Assembly: GCA_964016885.1 (NCBI GenBank)
Contig: OZ024749.1
Coordinates: forward strand, 434,001 to 498,000
DNA: 64,000 nucleotides
Direction: 5' to 3'
Origin: Eledone cirrhosa
Taxonomy: Eukaryota
Under the pieces are notes generated by a model. That model worked only from the letters and a program-made list of their open reading frames with translations, did no database searches and had not been told where the DNA came from. This document shows, piece after piece, positions 20,386-34,757 of the stretch. Each line of letters starts with the position of its first letter. Within the stretch, counting starts at the first letter, position 1. A program made the translations under genes and the position numbers.

Positions 20386-22836
20386 CTATATATTGGGCTT
20401 AAAGTTTTGGAAGGAATGTCTGAAGCGGTGCTGGCAAGTTGCAAACACTTCCGATTTTTTGTTAAGTAGGCTGCGGTTAGAGAAGATAATATTGTGGGTC
20501 TCTAGTATACAGAGGTTACAAAATTTATTAGGTGGTTTTTTACGAAGTCGCGCTACCTATCACTTCCCATTTGAGTGTGTAGGGTTTATTTTTATTTTTT
20601 AGATAGTGTATGTAGCTAGATAGTGAGGTGGAGTTGGCTAGACTGTGCTTTTTGAACGAGTGGATGTGCGAATTATATCTGATTTTGAAGCAGTTAGAAG
20701 TGGAGCCTACATAGGTTTCTGAAGAGTTGCTAGTTGTGACGGTGCATGAGTATATGATATCCTTGGTTAGGCATTTTTTTTCCAAAGGGCAGGTTCTATT
20801 AGCTCTACAGTACAATTATCCTGTGTGTTAGTCTGCTGGTTATAATGCAGTGTAGAAGTCCGGGTGGTAGCTATAGGATTTTGGACATTCGGGTTGTTGA
20901 CCCCGGTGTTATTTCTTATACTAGTGTTATTTCTATTATTACTGCCGTTACTATGGTTGCTTGCTACAGAGGTATTTAGAAGGTTTACCTCCTGTTGTGA
21001 TTTCGTTTGTTGGAAGTAAGAATTAATTTTACTTTTATTGCTGCTAGCTATGTGGTATGCTAAGTTAGGCGTCGTAGAGTATGAGATTTTAATAGTGTTT
21101 TTGTTTAAAAGGTTGTGGTACTTGTGCCCTAGAGGGAAGTTTTTATCTAGTAGTGAGAAGAAAACCCTAGGTATGTTGGTGGAGACATTTAGGTTGAGAG
21201 GAGGGTTGAAAAATGTATTATTTCTTCTTCTATTTTTGTTTTTAGTGTCTGGTGTGTTGTTTCTTCCTAAGGTACTACGGTAGTTTTCGTGGTAATGGTT
21301 GCTTTCGGTGGCACCCTCCGCTTTGGTGTACGTGTGGTTGCTATTCCTATTATTAGGTTTCCTCATGGACATGTTGTGCGAGATGATGTTGTAGCTATGC
21401 GTTTTCTTAGGTAGGAACTCAATTTCTATATTATGGCCGGATCTAGCTAATGCCTGATTATAATATTATGAGTTTTTGCTAAATATGTTTGCGTCATAGG
21501 ATAGATTAGAGATTCTATTGGATACCCCCTTAGAGATAGAGTTTAATATTGATCTAGGGTGATTAGACTTGGTATCTACGTAAATGAGTTTTTCGTTGGG
21601 CTTATGGAAAGGTGTATATATTTTTGAGTCTAGGTATAGTGTGGCGTCTAGGAAGTTAACATTTTTAGTGTTTTTGTCCATGGTGATACTAAGGTTAAAG
21701 TTTTTGAATGTCTTGTGCAATAGTTTTCTAGTTCTTTCTATATTAAATTTGTTATATTCTATAAGTAGAAGTGCATCATCGCGGTACAAACCACTGTTGA
21801 GGTAAGGGAGGTCCTTATGGATTTCATTAAGAAGGTATAGGCCGACCAAATCAGTGACCTGCGCCGAGTCACTAGACCCCATGGTTATGTCGAAGTTGTT
21901 GTGCGTATCCTTGCGTGTCCATAGTTGGTCCTCGAATGTGATTATGGTTTTACGGGCCGCAAGGATGACATCAATCTGGGCTCTAGTTAGGTCGCTATTG
22001 TTCATGGCCATGATTAGTGCCTTATTTAATAGGATAGGGGAAATAGAGGTGTAGTATGAATTGATATCAAATTGAATAAATTTTTTGTCCTTATTATTCT
22101 TGATATCTTTGAACCATTCAATAACTTCACCCGTATTTCCCCATTGTTTAAGGTGTATCTTGTGTTTAATTTGTGGGATGATTTTATCTAAAATTTTCTT
22201 ACTGATAATACCAATGTCGGACTTGGAAGGGCAGATAAGTTTTATCGAGGGGTTGCTAATGAAGTCCTCCTTATGATCTTTCAGCGAGAATCTAGGGGGT
22301 TTTGGGGTGTATGGTTGTGTATGCCTCTGAAGTCCTAGTTTAGACACTATCTTATATCCCTCTATATTAATATCCTCTAAGTTTTTCAAAGTGGTCTTCT
22401 TGTAGCTTTTATGTAGTTCATTATATATAAACTTTCTATAAGTATTATAATCTAGGCTGTATATGTTATTAGTTTTATCTGCGTGTACAATAATTTTATT
22501 ACTAGTTTTGAATCCATTAATAGAGGTGTTAAGTTTGTTTAAGAAGGTGTTGCTTCTATTATGGTGCTTAATGTTCTTAACTAGTTTAACTAGGTCATTT
22601 TCAAAGGAGTTAAGTAGTGTGTTATGAGGGGGGCTTTTAAAGGTTTTAAAGCCGAAGGAGTCAAATTTGTTAGTATTATTAACATTGTTAGATCTGTTTT
22701 TATCATAATGGAATGTCCTCCATCTCACTCTATTGATAAATGAATTTACACTGTTGATTAGCAATTTCTCATATGTATTCTTGGATGGTATTGGTATGTT
22801 CTTGGTTGACATGGGGAGTTGGTCTTTGATTAGCAT
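20386..22836 (-). pseudogene. Naiad-like PLE RT-GIY-YIG polyprotein with three lesions (TAA at 21466-21468; frameshifts near 20812 and 20540)
   Basis: ORFs 21466..22836 and 20767..21372 are in frame across the TAA (FSKNS*YYNQALARSGH). The downstream segments join by 1-nt shifts, and the final stop is at 20386. Confidence 0.85.
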
Positions 22837-23089
22837 ATTGGTAATATATTGTATGTCAGCTCAACAATATGGAGCAGTTAATAGTATTAATTATACTATT
22901 TATGGTTATGTAAATATAAAAACCTTTTGCAGTTATATATATTTTTATACAAACCCTAAATAGTGGTAGGCAGTAATATATTACTACCTTATTACCAGTA
23001 AGTTAAGTAGCTCAATGTAAAAACATCAGATGATTTACAGAGCAGTTATAAGAATTATAAGAATCAAAGAACTGTTCAAAACATTTTTA

Positions 23090-23136
23090 TGCTTACAACT
23101 GTTTCCTCCAAACCGAGGTTTGGATTCTTCGGAGCA
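23090..23136 (-). ncRNA. Variant hammerhead motif in the 5' pLTR copy
   Basis: Identical to 18923-18969. Confidence 0.6.
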
Positions 23137-23940
23137 ATTTATTATTGAATGAACACTTATATGACCTCCTTTTCACCCAAGAGGCATACAGATACATATG
23201 CAAATATTGTGGGTCAACATTCATTACAGCGTTTAGAGTGGTAGTACACACTTAGAGATTACATTCATATTAAAAGATACAATCAAAAATACAGGTTAAA
23301 ATACATGAAAATAAGCGGTTATATAGTGCAAAGGTTATATGTGTGGCAAGCACGTGCGTCTTGTTTATATAGTGTGGCAGAGAGTTACGTGTAGTAGAAG
23401 CATTTAAGCAGGTAATCAAGAGTGTTAGGTTGGTTGATCTGGTGACGAATTCTTTATATGATTGTTATAGTCTGTGTGTGGGGAAATAATATAAGTATTA
23501 AAAATAGTGTAAGCATTAAAAATATTGGAAATGCGCAGCGAAGCGATGATATGGACTTCATGCACTTCGACATTTTCATAGTCTGGGGAGCGTATTTTTC
23601 AGATTATATGCCCCTCACATATTCCACGGCGATTCGATATTGGGCATTTGACAATCCAGTTAGAGAATCGTAGTCTGATGTTCTTTAGTTCAATACAGGA
23701 GTATGTTACGTTTCGAGAATCAACATCGAAATACTACCCGGAAGTGTGTGTGTGGATAAGGGGAGTTAATGCATGAGGGGAGGTAACTCCGTGGTTTCTA
23801 TTACTAACTATTAGAATGTGTCTCAAAATAGACCCTAACTTATATGGTTATGCGCAATTTCTAAAAAATTTCTAAAAATTTAGAGTGTTTTAACTATAGA
23901 GTAGTCTATTAAGTTGTGCTGAAGGTGTTCTTATTATTAT

Positions 23941-24610
23941 ATGTGTAATAGTAATATACGTGAACGGCAAAGCATAAATGAACTAAGGGAGAAATTGGGA
24001 ATAAGAGGAATCAGATGTTGTTTACTCGAGAGAAGACTATGTTGGCATGGTCACGTGATGCGCATGAAAGACGACAGCTGTATAAAAAAGTGCAGGGCAA
24101 TAAAAATAGACGGTAGCCACGGAGTAGGCAGACCCAGAAAAACCTGGGACGACTTGATAAATTCCGACCTCACACACTTACAATGTCACTGGACCGAGAT
24201 CTTTGGCAATACACAGTAATACAGAAGACCCGCCTTGCCTAAGTACAAAGCGAAACCTACAGTCAGTAGGCACCTCTAACAAAAATACACCTCCGTCCAA
24301 CCCAATCCACACCACCCCTTTCGATGTAAAGTTATGTTGGTACCACAACATCCAGTCTGAAATAAATGAGGTCGTGTAGGTGTCACGAAAAAAAAACACA
24401 CAGTCCACGCTGTAATGTGGCCGTGTAGGTAACACAGTAAAAATCTCCCAGTCCACGCTGTAAACGTGGTTGGTGTTAGGAAGGGCATCCAGCCGTAGAA
24501 AACCCGCCAGATAGTCCTGAGCAAGACAACCAATCTTGCCTCAAGTGGGAAAATTCTCGTCCAAACCCATGCTAGCGTGGAAGATGGACGTTAAATGATG
24601 ATGATGATGA
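23941..24610 (+). mobile_element. RTE LINE family B 3' fragment with (GAT)n tail, abutting the PLE pLTR
   Basis: RRLCWHGHVMR, GRPRKTW, and the 3' UTR motif aggaagggcatccagc. Confidence 0.88.
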
Positions 24611-25640
24611 TACATATATATATATATACATATATATACACATATATATACATATATATATTATATATACATATACATATATATATATACATATATATAT
24701 TATATATACATATACATATATATATATATACATATATATATATACATATATATATTATATATACATATATACATATATATATTATTTATACATATATACA
24801 TATATATATATATACATATATATATATACATATATATATTATATATACATATATACATATATATATTATATATATACATATATACATATATATATATTAT
24901 TTATACATATATACATATATATATATATACATATATATATATACATATATATATTATATATACATATATACATATACATATATATACATATACATATATA
25001 TATATACATATATATCTTATATATACATATATACATTATATATACATATATACATATACATATATATACATATACATATATATACATATACATATATATA
25101 TATACATATATATATTATATATACATATACATATATATATATTATATATACATATATACATATATATATACATATACACATAAATATATACATATATATA
25201 TTATATATACATATATACATATATATATATACATATATATATATACATATATATATTATATATACATATATACATATACATATATACATATACATATATA
25301 TATTATATATACATATACATATATACATATATATACATATATACATATACATATATATATCTACATATATATACATATACATATTATATATACACATATA
25401 TATATTATATATACATATATATATATTATATATACATATATATATATATTATATATACATATATATATATTATATATACATATATATTATATATACATAT
25501 ATATATATTATATATACATATATATATATTATATATACATATATATATATTATATATACATATATATATATGTATATATAATATATATATACATATATAT
25601 ATTTATATATATACATATATATATACATATATATATATAC

Positions 25641-25675
<35 letters not shown>

Positions 25676-25689
25676 CATATATATACATA
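24611..25689. repeat. Degenerate (TA)n array between tail-to-tail RTE copies
   Basis: Visible. Confidence 0.95.
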
Positions 25690-26065
25690 TCATCATCATC
25701 ATCACCGTTTTACATCCATTCTTCCACGCTAGCATGGGTTAGACGGAGTGTCTGGTCGGCTGACCATGCCTTGCTCATACAGGAACTGATTTGGCTTGAT
25801 TTCTACAGCTGGATGCCCTTCCTAACACCAACCTCGTTTACAGTGAGTGCTGGGTGCTTTTTTTGCCGTGGCACCTCCACAACCACCTTGCGGTGGGGGG
25901 TGTGGGGGCATATTGTCTATGTATTACTGCGTGACGCCAGAGGTCACGGTCGTGTGTCATCGCCTTTGAGAGGTGTAATTGGGTAAGGTCGGCTTTTATC
26001 ACCTCATCCCAGGTCATCTTGGGTCTCCCCACTCCGCGGTTTCCATCGACTTCTAGAGCTCTGCA
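25690..26065 (-). mobile_element. RTE family A short 3' fragment
   Basis: [19 protein letters not shown] and a (CAT)n tail. Confidence 0.9.
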
Positions 26066-26593
26066 TATATATATGTATATATATATATATGTATACATAT
26101 ATATATATATACATAGATATGTATACATATATATATATACATACATATGTATACATATATATATATACATAGATATGTATACATATATATACATACATAT
26201 GTATACATATATATATATACATACATATGTATACATATATATATACACATACATATGTATACATATATATATACATACATATGTATACATATATATATAC
26301 ATACATATGTATACATATATATATATATACATACATATGTATACTTATATATATACATACATATGTATACTTATATATATACATACATATGTATACATAT
26401 ATATATACATACATATGTATACATATATATATATACATACATGTATACATATATATATATACATACATGTATACATATATATATACATACATATGTATAC
26501 ATATATATATACATACATATATATATACATACATATATATAGATATATATACATACATATATATATACATACATATATATATACATACATATA

Positions 26594-26678
<85 letters not shown>

Positions 26679-26695
26679 ACATATACATACATATA
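26066..26695. repeat. Degenerate (TA)n array with an atatgtatacat sub-repeat
   Basis: Visible. Confidence 0.93.
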
Positions 26696-27264
26696 TTCTC
26701 GTACTACTTTACTTTCTTGCACTGGGTGGTTGCTGGCCCTGTGATTGGGGTAGAAACCTTTATTATTTTCGTGGTAGTCTCTTTAGTATTCTGCCCCCCC
26801 CCCCCCCTTGTTGACCCGTCACCGTACGATACACGCACTTATACCTCGTATAAGGGTCCCTTTATTTCCGTCCCACCTAGTTTATTTATCTATTCTTTTA
26901 TTCACTTATTTGTTTATTTATTTATTTATGTATTTCTTTAGCCTAGCAATAGCGAGAGACTTGTCTTAGTAACCAGATTTTGCTTATTTTTTCTCTCTCA
27001 GTACCTGTTATAGTTTTACCTTTCATTGTTCTACTTACCGTTTCGACCTCCTCCCCCTCCCCCTCCCCAGTATCCTCTTTGACCTCACACCCAGCTGTAG
27101 CTGGCACTACCAACGCATGAATGGGTCTACTCCACCCCCTCTCCCTTTTTCTCCTACCGGCAGGTTTAGCTACCCCTTCCCCCACCAACTTGCCATCACA
27201 GATTTACTACTAACTTGTGATGTGACCAATCCTGGTGATTATCTCTTTGACCATATATGGAATT

Positions 27265-27358
27265 ACCCCTTGATAAGTTCGGCTATTTAAATACCAGAAT
27301 AAATTTTCATTCAGTACAGAATTAGCCGTCGAAACGGCTTGAGCTCAGCCGTCGGGGT
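27265..27358 (+). ncRNA. Type I hammerhead ribozyme with U3-A8 variant core and full stem III, predicted cleavage after C27353
   Basis: acccc TTGATAA g-tt-cggcta...tagccg-tc GAA acggct-tgagctc-agccgt C ggggt. Stems I, II and III all pair, and the triplet is GUC. Confidence 0.75.
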
Positions 27359-27464
27359 CTTACTTGTTCCTATTACCCACTCTACTACCCTAAGTATTGA
27401 GTACACACACAGACACATATATATATATTTTTTTTTTGTCGATCCACTTTCGTCAAATCGGACC

Positions 27465-27625
27465 GAGGAAACAATGTTTCCGTTCGTCTTTCCAATTGCT
27501 AATACTAACTCCCAGTCGCAACTCCAGGTAGAAGGAGCAACGTGAAATAAAGTGTCTTGCTCAAGGACATAACGCATCGCCCGGTCCAGGAATTGAACTG
27601 ACAACCTCACGATTGCGAATCCAAT
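27465..27625 (-). mobile_element. tRNA-derived SINE (V-domain-like), related copy at 46115-46308
   Basis: Minus strand has a B-box-like gttcaattcc and gtccttgagcaagacactt. The two copies align. Confidence 0.65.
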
Positions 27626-27635
27626 GATATACATA

Positions 27636-28425
27636 TCATCATCACTCTACGTCCGCTTTTCCTTGCTTGCAAGGGTTGGACGGGTCTTATTCAGCAAAGC
27701 ATCTCTCCACTTGTCACGGTCGTTTGTCATCTACTCAGTGAGTTTCAGCAATCTGAGGTCAGTTCTCACCACCTCTGGCCCATGTTTTTGGTGGTATTCC
27801 TCTACTGCGTCTTCCTTCTACTGGCATTTCTTGGCACGTCTTCACCCAGTGGTCATCCTCCATGCACATCACATGTCCATATCATCGCAGTCTTCTCTCC
27901 CACACACTACAACTTATCCCTCTTAAACATAGTTTCTCTCTCAACACATTCATGCTCAGTCGTTCACGCACATTGACATTGCATATCCAACGGAGCATGC
28001 TTGCCTCATTTCTCTCCAGCCGTCGCATGTCCTCTGCCATTGCTGCCTATGTCTCACTACCATGCAGCATCGCGTTCCTCACACAGGCATCATATAACCA
28101 GCTTTTCGTACGCAGGGAGAAACTCTTGTTCGTCAGAAGAGGAAGCAGCTCCCTAAACTTCTTCCAGCCCGTCCTTATTCTAGATACTATGGCCTTGGAA
28201 CACCCCCACCCCCTCCCATGCTAATCTGATCACCTAGGTACCGGAAGCTATCAACCACCTCTATAGAACCCACCTGCATTTGAAAAATGCGTCTATCACT
28301 GGTACTTCTATCAAATTCCCCTGAACATCTACTGCATATGTAGTTTTCCCAACCTGTTAGTTTCCCTGCTATCCCACTACACCTCTTGTGCTCCCAAGAT
28401 CTGCATTGTGTACATTCTATAGACA
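27636..28425 (-). mobile_element. Decayed RTE LINE 3' fragment
   Basis: [31 protein letters not shown]. Confidence 0.85.
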
Positions 28426-28720
28426 CAATGTATAATATATTTATTATTTAGAAAACATAAGAAAAAACACAAAGAGAAGGACAATACCCGCTCATCAGTT
28501 GTCTTCTGTGGATCACTAATGTTTACAACGCATTGAAGACAGTACATTAATAACTAAAATGGATAGCTATCCGGGAAGAAACAATGGACAATAGACTGAC
28601 AAAAACTCAAAAACAAAATGAAAGAAAGACACACCAATAGAGAAAGGGTAAAAGATGAAGGCAACAGTACATGAAAGTTTGGTAGTAACCGAGAGAAAAG
28701 GAAAGGGATAGAGTTAATAC

Positions 28721-28890
28721 TTGTTTCTACTTTAGGCACAAGGCCAGCAATTATCCAGTGCATTACTGGTACTTTATTTTATCGACCCCGTAAGGATGAA
28801 AAGCAAAGTCAACCTCGGCGGGATTTGAACTCAGATCGTAAAGGGACGTAACTATGCTGGAAAGCATGGCGTCTGACCCTGTACCGATAA
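28721..28890 (-). mobile_element. tRNA-derived SINE with Meta-domain-like core
   Basis: Reverse complement of the 60876-61060 family. Confidence 0.85.
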
Positions 28891-29144
28891 TACTAGTGGC
28901 CGAACATAAGTTCTGAAACCATATTAACAACAAGCAGGAGAGAGAGAAAAAAATGTCTGGTCATAGCGACAACAGGTGTGGAGAGAGAGAAACAAAGAAA
29001 AATCGAAGTGGGTAGGAGTGGAAAAGTAGTAAGAGAACACAGAGAGGGGAGAAATGAAATAGATAGAAAGAGTATCAGAAAATGGGAGAGAGCAAGAACT
29101 GAAGGAGAGAGAAAGAAAAGAGTTAATAGAAAGTGGCAGAACTT

Positions 29145-29189
<45 letters not shown>

Positions 29190-29439
29190 GAGAGAGAGAG
29201 AGTAAGGGAGAGAAACGGGGGGGGGGGGGTTACCAATGAATATTATTTGGAAAGCGTGAGAGAAAATGGTAAAATGTCTTTAATGTGTTCGAAACTTTAG
29301 TGATCCACAGAAGACAGCCGACGGGAATTGTCCTTGTACTTCATATATATAGTTAATAAAGGAAACAAAACTAAACACAGGAAGCAAAATTAGACAGTTA
29401 TATAAGGTTCACGATATATATATATATATATATATATAT

Positions 29440-30556
29440 ATGGGTACATAAAAGATGTAGTGGGATCACAGGTAAACTATCTAAGAACGTAGATTTTATA
29501 TGTGGCCGATGCTCAGGTGCAATAAGTAGCAAGTGCCCACAGGATGCTAGCTCCTTCTATTGCCCAGATGGTTCTATAGAAATAGTGGACACTTTCCGTT
29601 ACCTGAGTGACAAAATCAGCAGTGGTGGAGGGTGTTCTGAAAGTAGAGTAGCCAGAGTCAGAACGGGATGGAAAAAGTTCAGAGAGCTTATACCGCTGTT
29701 GGCCTCAAAAGGTTTCTCTCTAAAAATGAAAGGCAGATTGTATGATGCCTGTATACAAACAGCAATGCTACATGGCAGTGAGACATGGGCATTGTGTGCA
29801 GAGGACCTGCGCAGACTGGAAAGGAACGAAACATGCATGCTCCGTTGGATGTGTAATAGTAATATACGTGAACGGCAAAACATAAATGAACTAAGTGAGA
29901 AATTAGGAATAAGAGGGATCAGATGCTGTTTACTCAAGAGAAGACTACGTTGGTATGGTCATGTGATGCGCATGAAAGACGGCAGCTGTATAAAAAAATG
30001 CAGGGCAATCAAAATTGATAGAAGTTACGGAGTAGGCAGACCCAGAAAAACCTGGGATGATTTGATAAATTCCGACCTCACACACTTACACCTCTCCAAG
30101 ACAATGTCACTGGACCGAGATCTTTGGCGCCACGCAGTAATACAGAAGACCTGCCTTGCCTAAGTACAAAGCGAATCCTACAGTCAGTAGGCACCTCTTA
30201 ACCAAATATATACCCCATCCCACTACCCCTACTCCACCCCACCACCCACTCCCACCACCACCCTTTCTCTGTAAAGTTATGTTGGTACCACAACATCCAG
30301 TCCAAAATAAATGAGGTTGTCACGACAAAAAAACACAGTCCACGCTGTAATATGGCCATGTAGGTAACACGGTGTCCACACTATAAATGTGTTTGGTGTT
30401 AAGAAGGGCATCCAGCCGTAGAAAACCTGCCAGACAGTCCTATATCAGCAAGACACGGTCACCCGACCAATCTTGCTTCAAGTGGAACAATTCCCAACTA
30501 AACCCATGCTAGCATGGAGGATAGACGTTAAACAATGATGATGATGATGATGATGA
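29440..30556 (+). mobile_element. RTE LINE family B, 5'-truncated, with (GAT)n tail
   Basis: 192-aa ORF with [26 protein letters not shown]. Confidence 0.92.
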
Positions 30557-30789
30557 TATATATATATATATACAGAGAGAGAGAGAAAGAACAAGAATGA
30601 GAAAGAGGAAGAATGAACCTCAGTATTTGACTGGTATGTTATTTAAAGACTTCAAATAATAGAAATTTAAACTCCGAGTTGAGAGCTAGAATGAATACTG
30701 CAAATCTATGCAGATATATACATATATATACATGAACATATAAAATATACATATATGCACATAGATACACAAATATTTATACACATATC

Positions 30790-31380
30790 GAAGTGGCTGA
30801 TAGCTTCTGCGATCTAGGTGATTTAATAGCGGTGGAGGGTGCTCTGAGAGAAGAATAGCTAGAATAAGGATAGGATGGAAAAAGTTTAGAGAGCTTCTCC
30901 CACTGTTGACCACAAAAGGTTTCTCTCTCTGTACTAAAAGACAACTGTATGACGCATGTGTGCAAAATGTGATGCTGCATGTGGTGGTGAAATATGAGCT
31001 GTGACTGCAAAGGATATGAGTAGACTGGAAAGAAATGAAGCAACCATGTTTCGTTGCCATGTAAGTGTGAGAGAAAAAAAGAGTTTGGACGAGTTGAGGG
31101 AGAAGATGGGTTTAAGAGGGCTCAAAAGTGGTGTACACGAGAGAACACTGCATTAGTACGGACAATGGATAATGATTGCCCAGTGAAAGGAAGTCGCAGT
31201 AGAGGTAGACCAAGAAAGACCTGGACAAAGTTTGTGAGAATTGACCTCATATCACTGAGACTCACAGAGAAGATGACAAAGGAATGTGATGAGTGGTGAA
31301 AGGCCATGTTGAGAAGGACCAATCTAACCCATGCAAGCATGGAAAAATGGATGTAAAAAGGATGATGATGATGAAGATGA
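30790..31380 (+). mobile_element. Strongly decayed RTE 3' fragment
   Basis: [18 protein letters not shown] and a (GAT)n tail. Confidence 0.8.
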
Positions 31381-31734
31381 CATACATATACATATATATA
31401 TATACTCACACACAGATATGCACATACTTATATACAAACATAAACATGGACACACATTTTTACACTCATACATAAACACTCATATATATTATGTTTGTAA
31501 ATTCTGTACCAATCAAAAAATAGTTTGGAAGCCTCTGCAATGCAAATTTACATTTATTTAAGTTTGTTTTCCTTCTCCTATTGCCACTGGATTTCCTTGA
31601 CAGAAGATTTACCCATCTGCATTGTAGAGGCTTCCAAAATGACTATTTTTCTTATTCCACAATGCTTCAAGCAAACCTGAACACTCTCTGTACCATACAG
31701 TTTTATCAACACAAGTCTTGGTTACAATTTCTAC

Positions 31735-32713
31735 AAATAAGTTCAGAGAGCTTATACCACTATTAGCCGCTAGAGGGTTCTCCCTAAAAATGAAAGGCAG
31801 GTTATACGATGCCTGCATACGAACAGCAATGCTGCATGGCAGTGAGACCTGGGCATTGTGTGCAGAGGATATACGCAGACTAGAGAGGAACGAAGCTTGC
31901 ATGCTCCGCTGGATGTGCAATAGTAATATACGTGAACGGCAAAGCATAAACGAACTAAGGAAAAAATTAGAAATAAGAGGGATCAGATGTTGTTTACTCG
32001 AGAGAAGGCTACGTTGGTACGGTCACGTGATGCGCATGAAAGACGACAGCTGTATAACAAAGTGCAGGGCAATAAAGATAGACGGTAGCCACGGAGTAGG
32101 CAGACCCAGAAAAACATGGGACGAGCTGATAAATTCCGACCTCACACGCTTACACCTCTCCAAGACAATGTCACTGGACCGAGACCTTTGGCGGTACTCA
32201 GTAATAGAGAAGACCCGCCTTACCTAAATACAAAGTAAAAACCTACTACAGTCAGTAGGCATCTCTATCAAAACACCCCCCCGTCCCTCCACACCGCCCC
32301 TTTCAATGTAAAGTTATGTTGGTCCCACAACATCCAGGCCGAAACAAATGAGATCGTGTAGGTGTCACGACAAAAAACACACAGTCCACGCTGTAAATGT
32401 GGCCGTGTAGGCAACACGGTAAAAACCTCCCAGCCCCACACTGTAAATGTGGTTGGTGTTAGGAAGGGCATCCAGCTGTAGAAAACCCGCCAGACAGTCC
32501 ACGCTGTAATGTGGCCGTGTAGGCAACACGGTAAAAACCTCCCAGCCCCACACTGTAAATGTGGTTGGTGTTAGGAAGGGCATCCAACTGTAGAAAACCC
32601 GCCAGACAGTCCTATGCGAGCAAGACAACCACTCTTGCCTCAAGTGGGAAAACCCCCGTCCAAACCCATGCAAGCGTGGAACACGGACGCTAAACCTGAT
32701 GATGATGATGATG
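31735..32713 (+). mobile_element. RTE LINE family B 3' fragment with a ~110-bp tandem duplication in the 3' UTR
   Basis: 169-aa ORF with AMLHGSETW. The 32380-32495 block is repeated at 32495-32610. (GAT)n tail. Confidence 0.92.
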
Positions 32714-32759
32714 AATTGAAAGGAGAATAATTTCTGAATAAACCAGTTTTATTCAAAAC

Positions 32760-33386
<627 letters not shown>

Positions 33387-34661
33387 CCCTTTAGCATTCG
33401 CATTAATTTTCAAATGTCATGCTTATCTGTTCGCATGGATTGGCAGTATCGGTAGAGGGTCAGACGCCATGCTTTAATGCATAGTTACGACCCTTACCAT
33501 TCTGAGTTCAAATCCCGCCGAGGTTAACTTTGCCTTTCATCCTTACGGGGTCGATAAAATAAAGTACCAGTAATGCACTGGGTAATTGCTGGCCTTGTGC
33601 CAAAAGTAGAAACAATTATTTTGAGTTAATCATACTCAAGAGGGTTATCAATTTTATTTGTTTGTAATTTTCTTAATTTTCTATGTGCAGGCTTGAAATT
33701 TTGTCAGTAGATGTTTAAATATCAATAATTTATACAATTATATAATTTTACCTGATTTTTTTTTTTGTTAAATTTGACTTTTATGGGCAGGTGAAATTAA
33801 TTAATAGGGGCATTTGAAGTATCAACCAGGTGCAAATACTGGTTTAATTTTAAATACGTTGTTTTTGGCATAATACTTGATATATAAGAATCACTAAACC
33901 TTATATCAGTGCTCCAGTAATTCTTGGAAATTGTTTTATACCAAACATAATATTTACGGTAAAAAATGCTTGCATTTCCGCAGCATCTGTCGGTCGCCAT
34001 AACAGATCGGGTTTTCCTTGATTTGAAATCTGTTGTTGGGCATATCAATTAATCTCTTCTGTCACAACTTCGAAGAAAGTTTGTGGTAAAAACAAAAAGA
34101 AATAATCCAGTGCTTTAGCATCGGGAGCTAATGTGTATTGTGGACCAGTATTTTGAATAAAATCGGGAACATTTATTGGTGTGGTATTTTTCAACCACGT
34201 TGCTGTAATATTTTCAATGGCGTCCTGGAGATCTCCTTCGTTTTCACTTTCAAAACAAGAATCATCATCAGATGAAATTTTAGAAATGTAAACATCCAAT
34301 TCATTTGAAGATAAATCACTAATATTATCATATGTTTCTTGTTCATTCTGAATGTTGTCGTGTGTAATACCTTCAAAGTCGGTATCGCTACTTTCACAAG
34401 CCATGTTGATAAACAAAAAATGTGTTCTACTTTCAACATTAAAAAAACACGTTGTTTTAAGTTATTTCACTATATTAAGTGTTAATTTTCGTGGTAAGGG
34501 CCTAATCTCATAGTAATCTCGAATTGACAAGATTTTGATGATGGTTTATTTATTTTTAGAACAATATTTTAGTGTGGGTGTTATCAGCTGGTTTCGGGCG
34601 GTTTGAAGAAATGAAGGGGAAATAATTTTGGCCGGTTTCGGGGTGTTTGAACACTAAAGGG
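33387..34661 (-). mobile_element. Internally deleted piggyBac transposon with TTAA target-site duplication
   Basis: TTAA-CCCTTTAG ... CTAAAGGG-TTAA. Acidic PGBD-like N-terminal remnant (DYFFLFLP..EEIN, YWSTD, YLHLVD). Confidence 0.9.
33436..33617 (+). mobile_element. Meta-domain-like tRNA SINE nested in the piggyBac
   Basis: A box tggcagtatcgg, B box gagttcaaatcc, core gcctttcatccttacggggtcgataaa. Confidence 0.88.
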
Positions 34662-34757
34662 TTAAAATACCTATTTCAGAGAATGATTTACCACAAATAT
34701 CACACTGATATGACTCCTCTTCTGTATGTAGAAGTTTGTGAGAAGTTAAGAGACTAT

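Larger units (their letters stand above)
18881..23940 (-). mobile_element. Near full-length Naiad-like Penelope retroelement with ~890-bp direct pseudo-LTRs (18881-19770 and 23048-23940)
   Basis: RT ORF with QFDINSYYTSI, ITMGSSDSAQVTDLVG, GLYRDD, VNFLD. Linker C(N)CRANRTCPL..CL (CxCx5C). GIY-YIG motifs IIYSCTV..YVGST..FKIRY..H. C-terminal CNLC..E..LNKKSE..CQH. Near-identical direct terminal repeats. Confidence 0.88.

Noticed and set aside
19935-21468. Selenoprotein/SECIS in the Naiad-like PLE
   Set aside because: The internal stop is TAA, and no in-frame UGA was seen at Cys positions. An ATGA-N12-AA-N18-GA pattern near 19950-19990 lacks helix II pairing.
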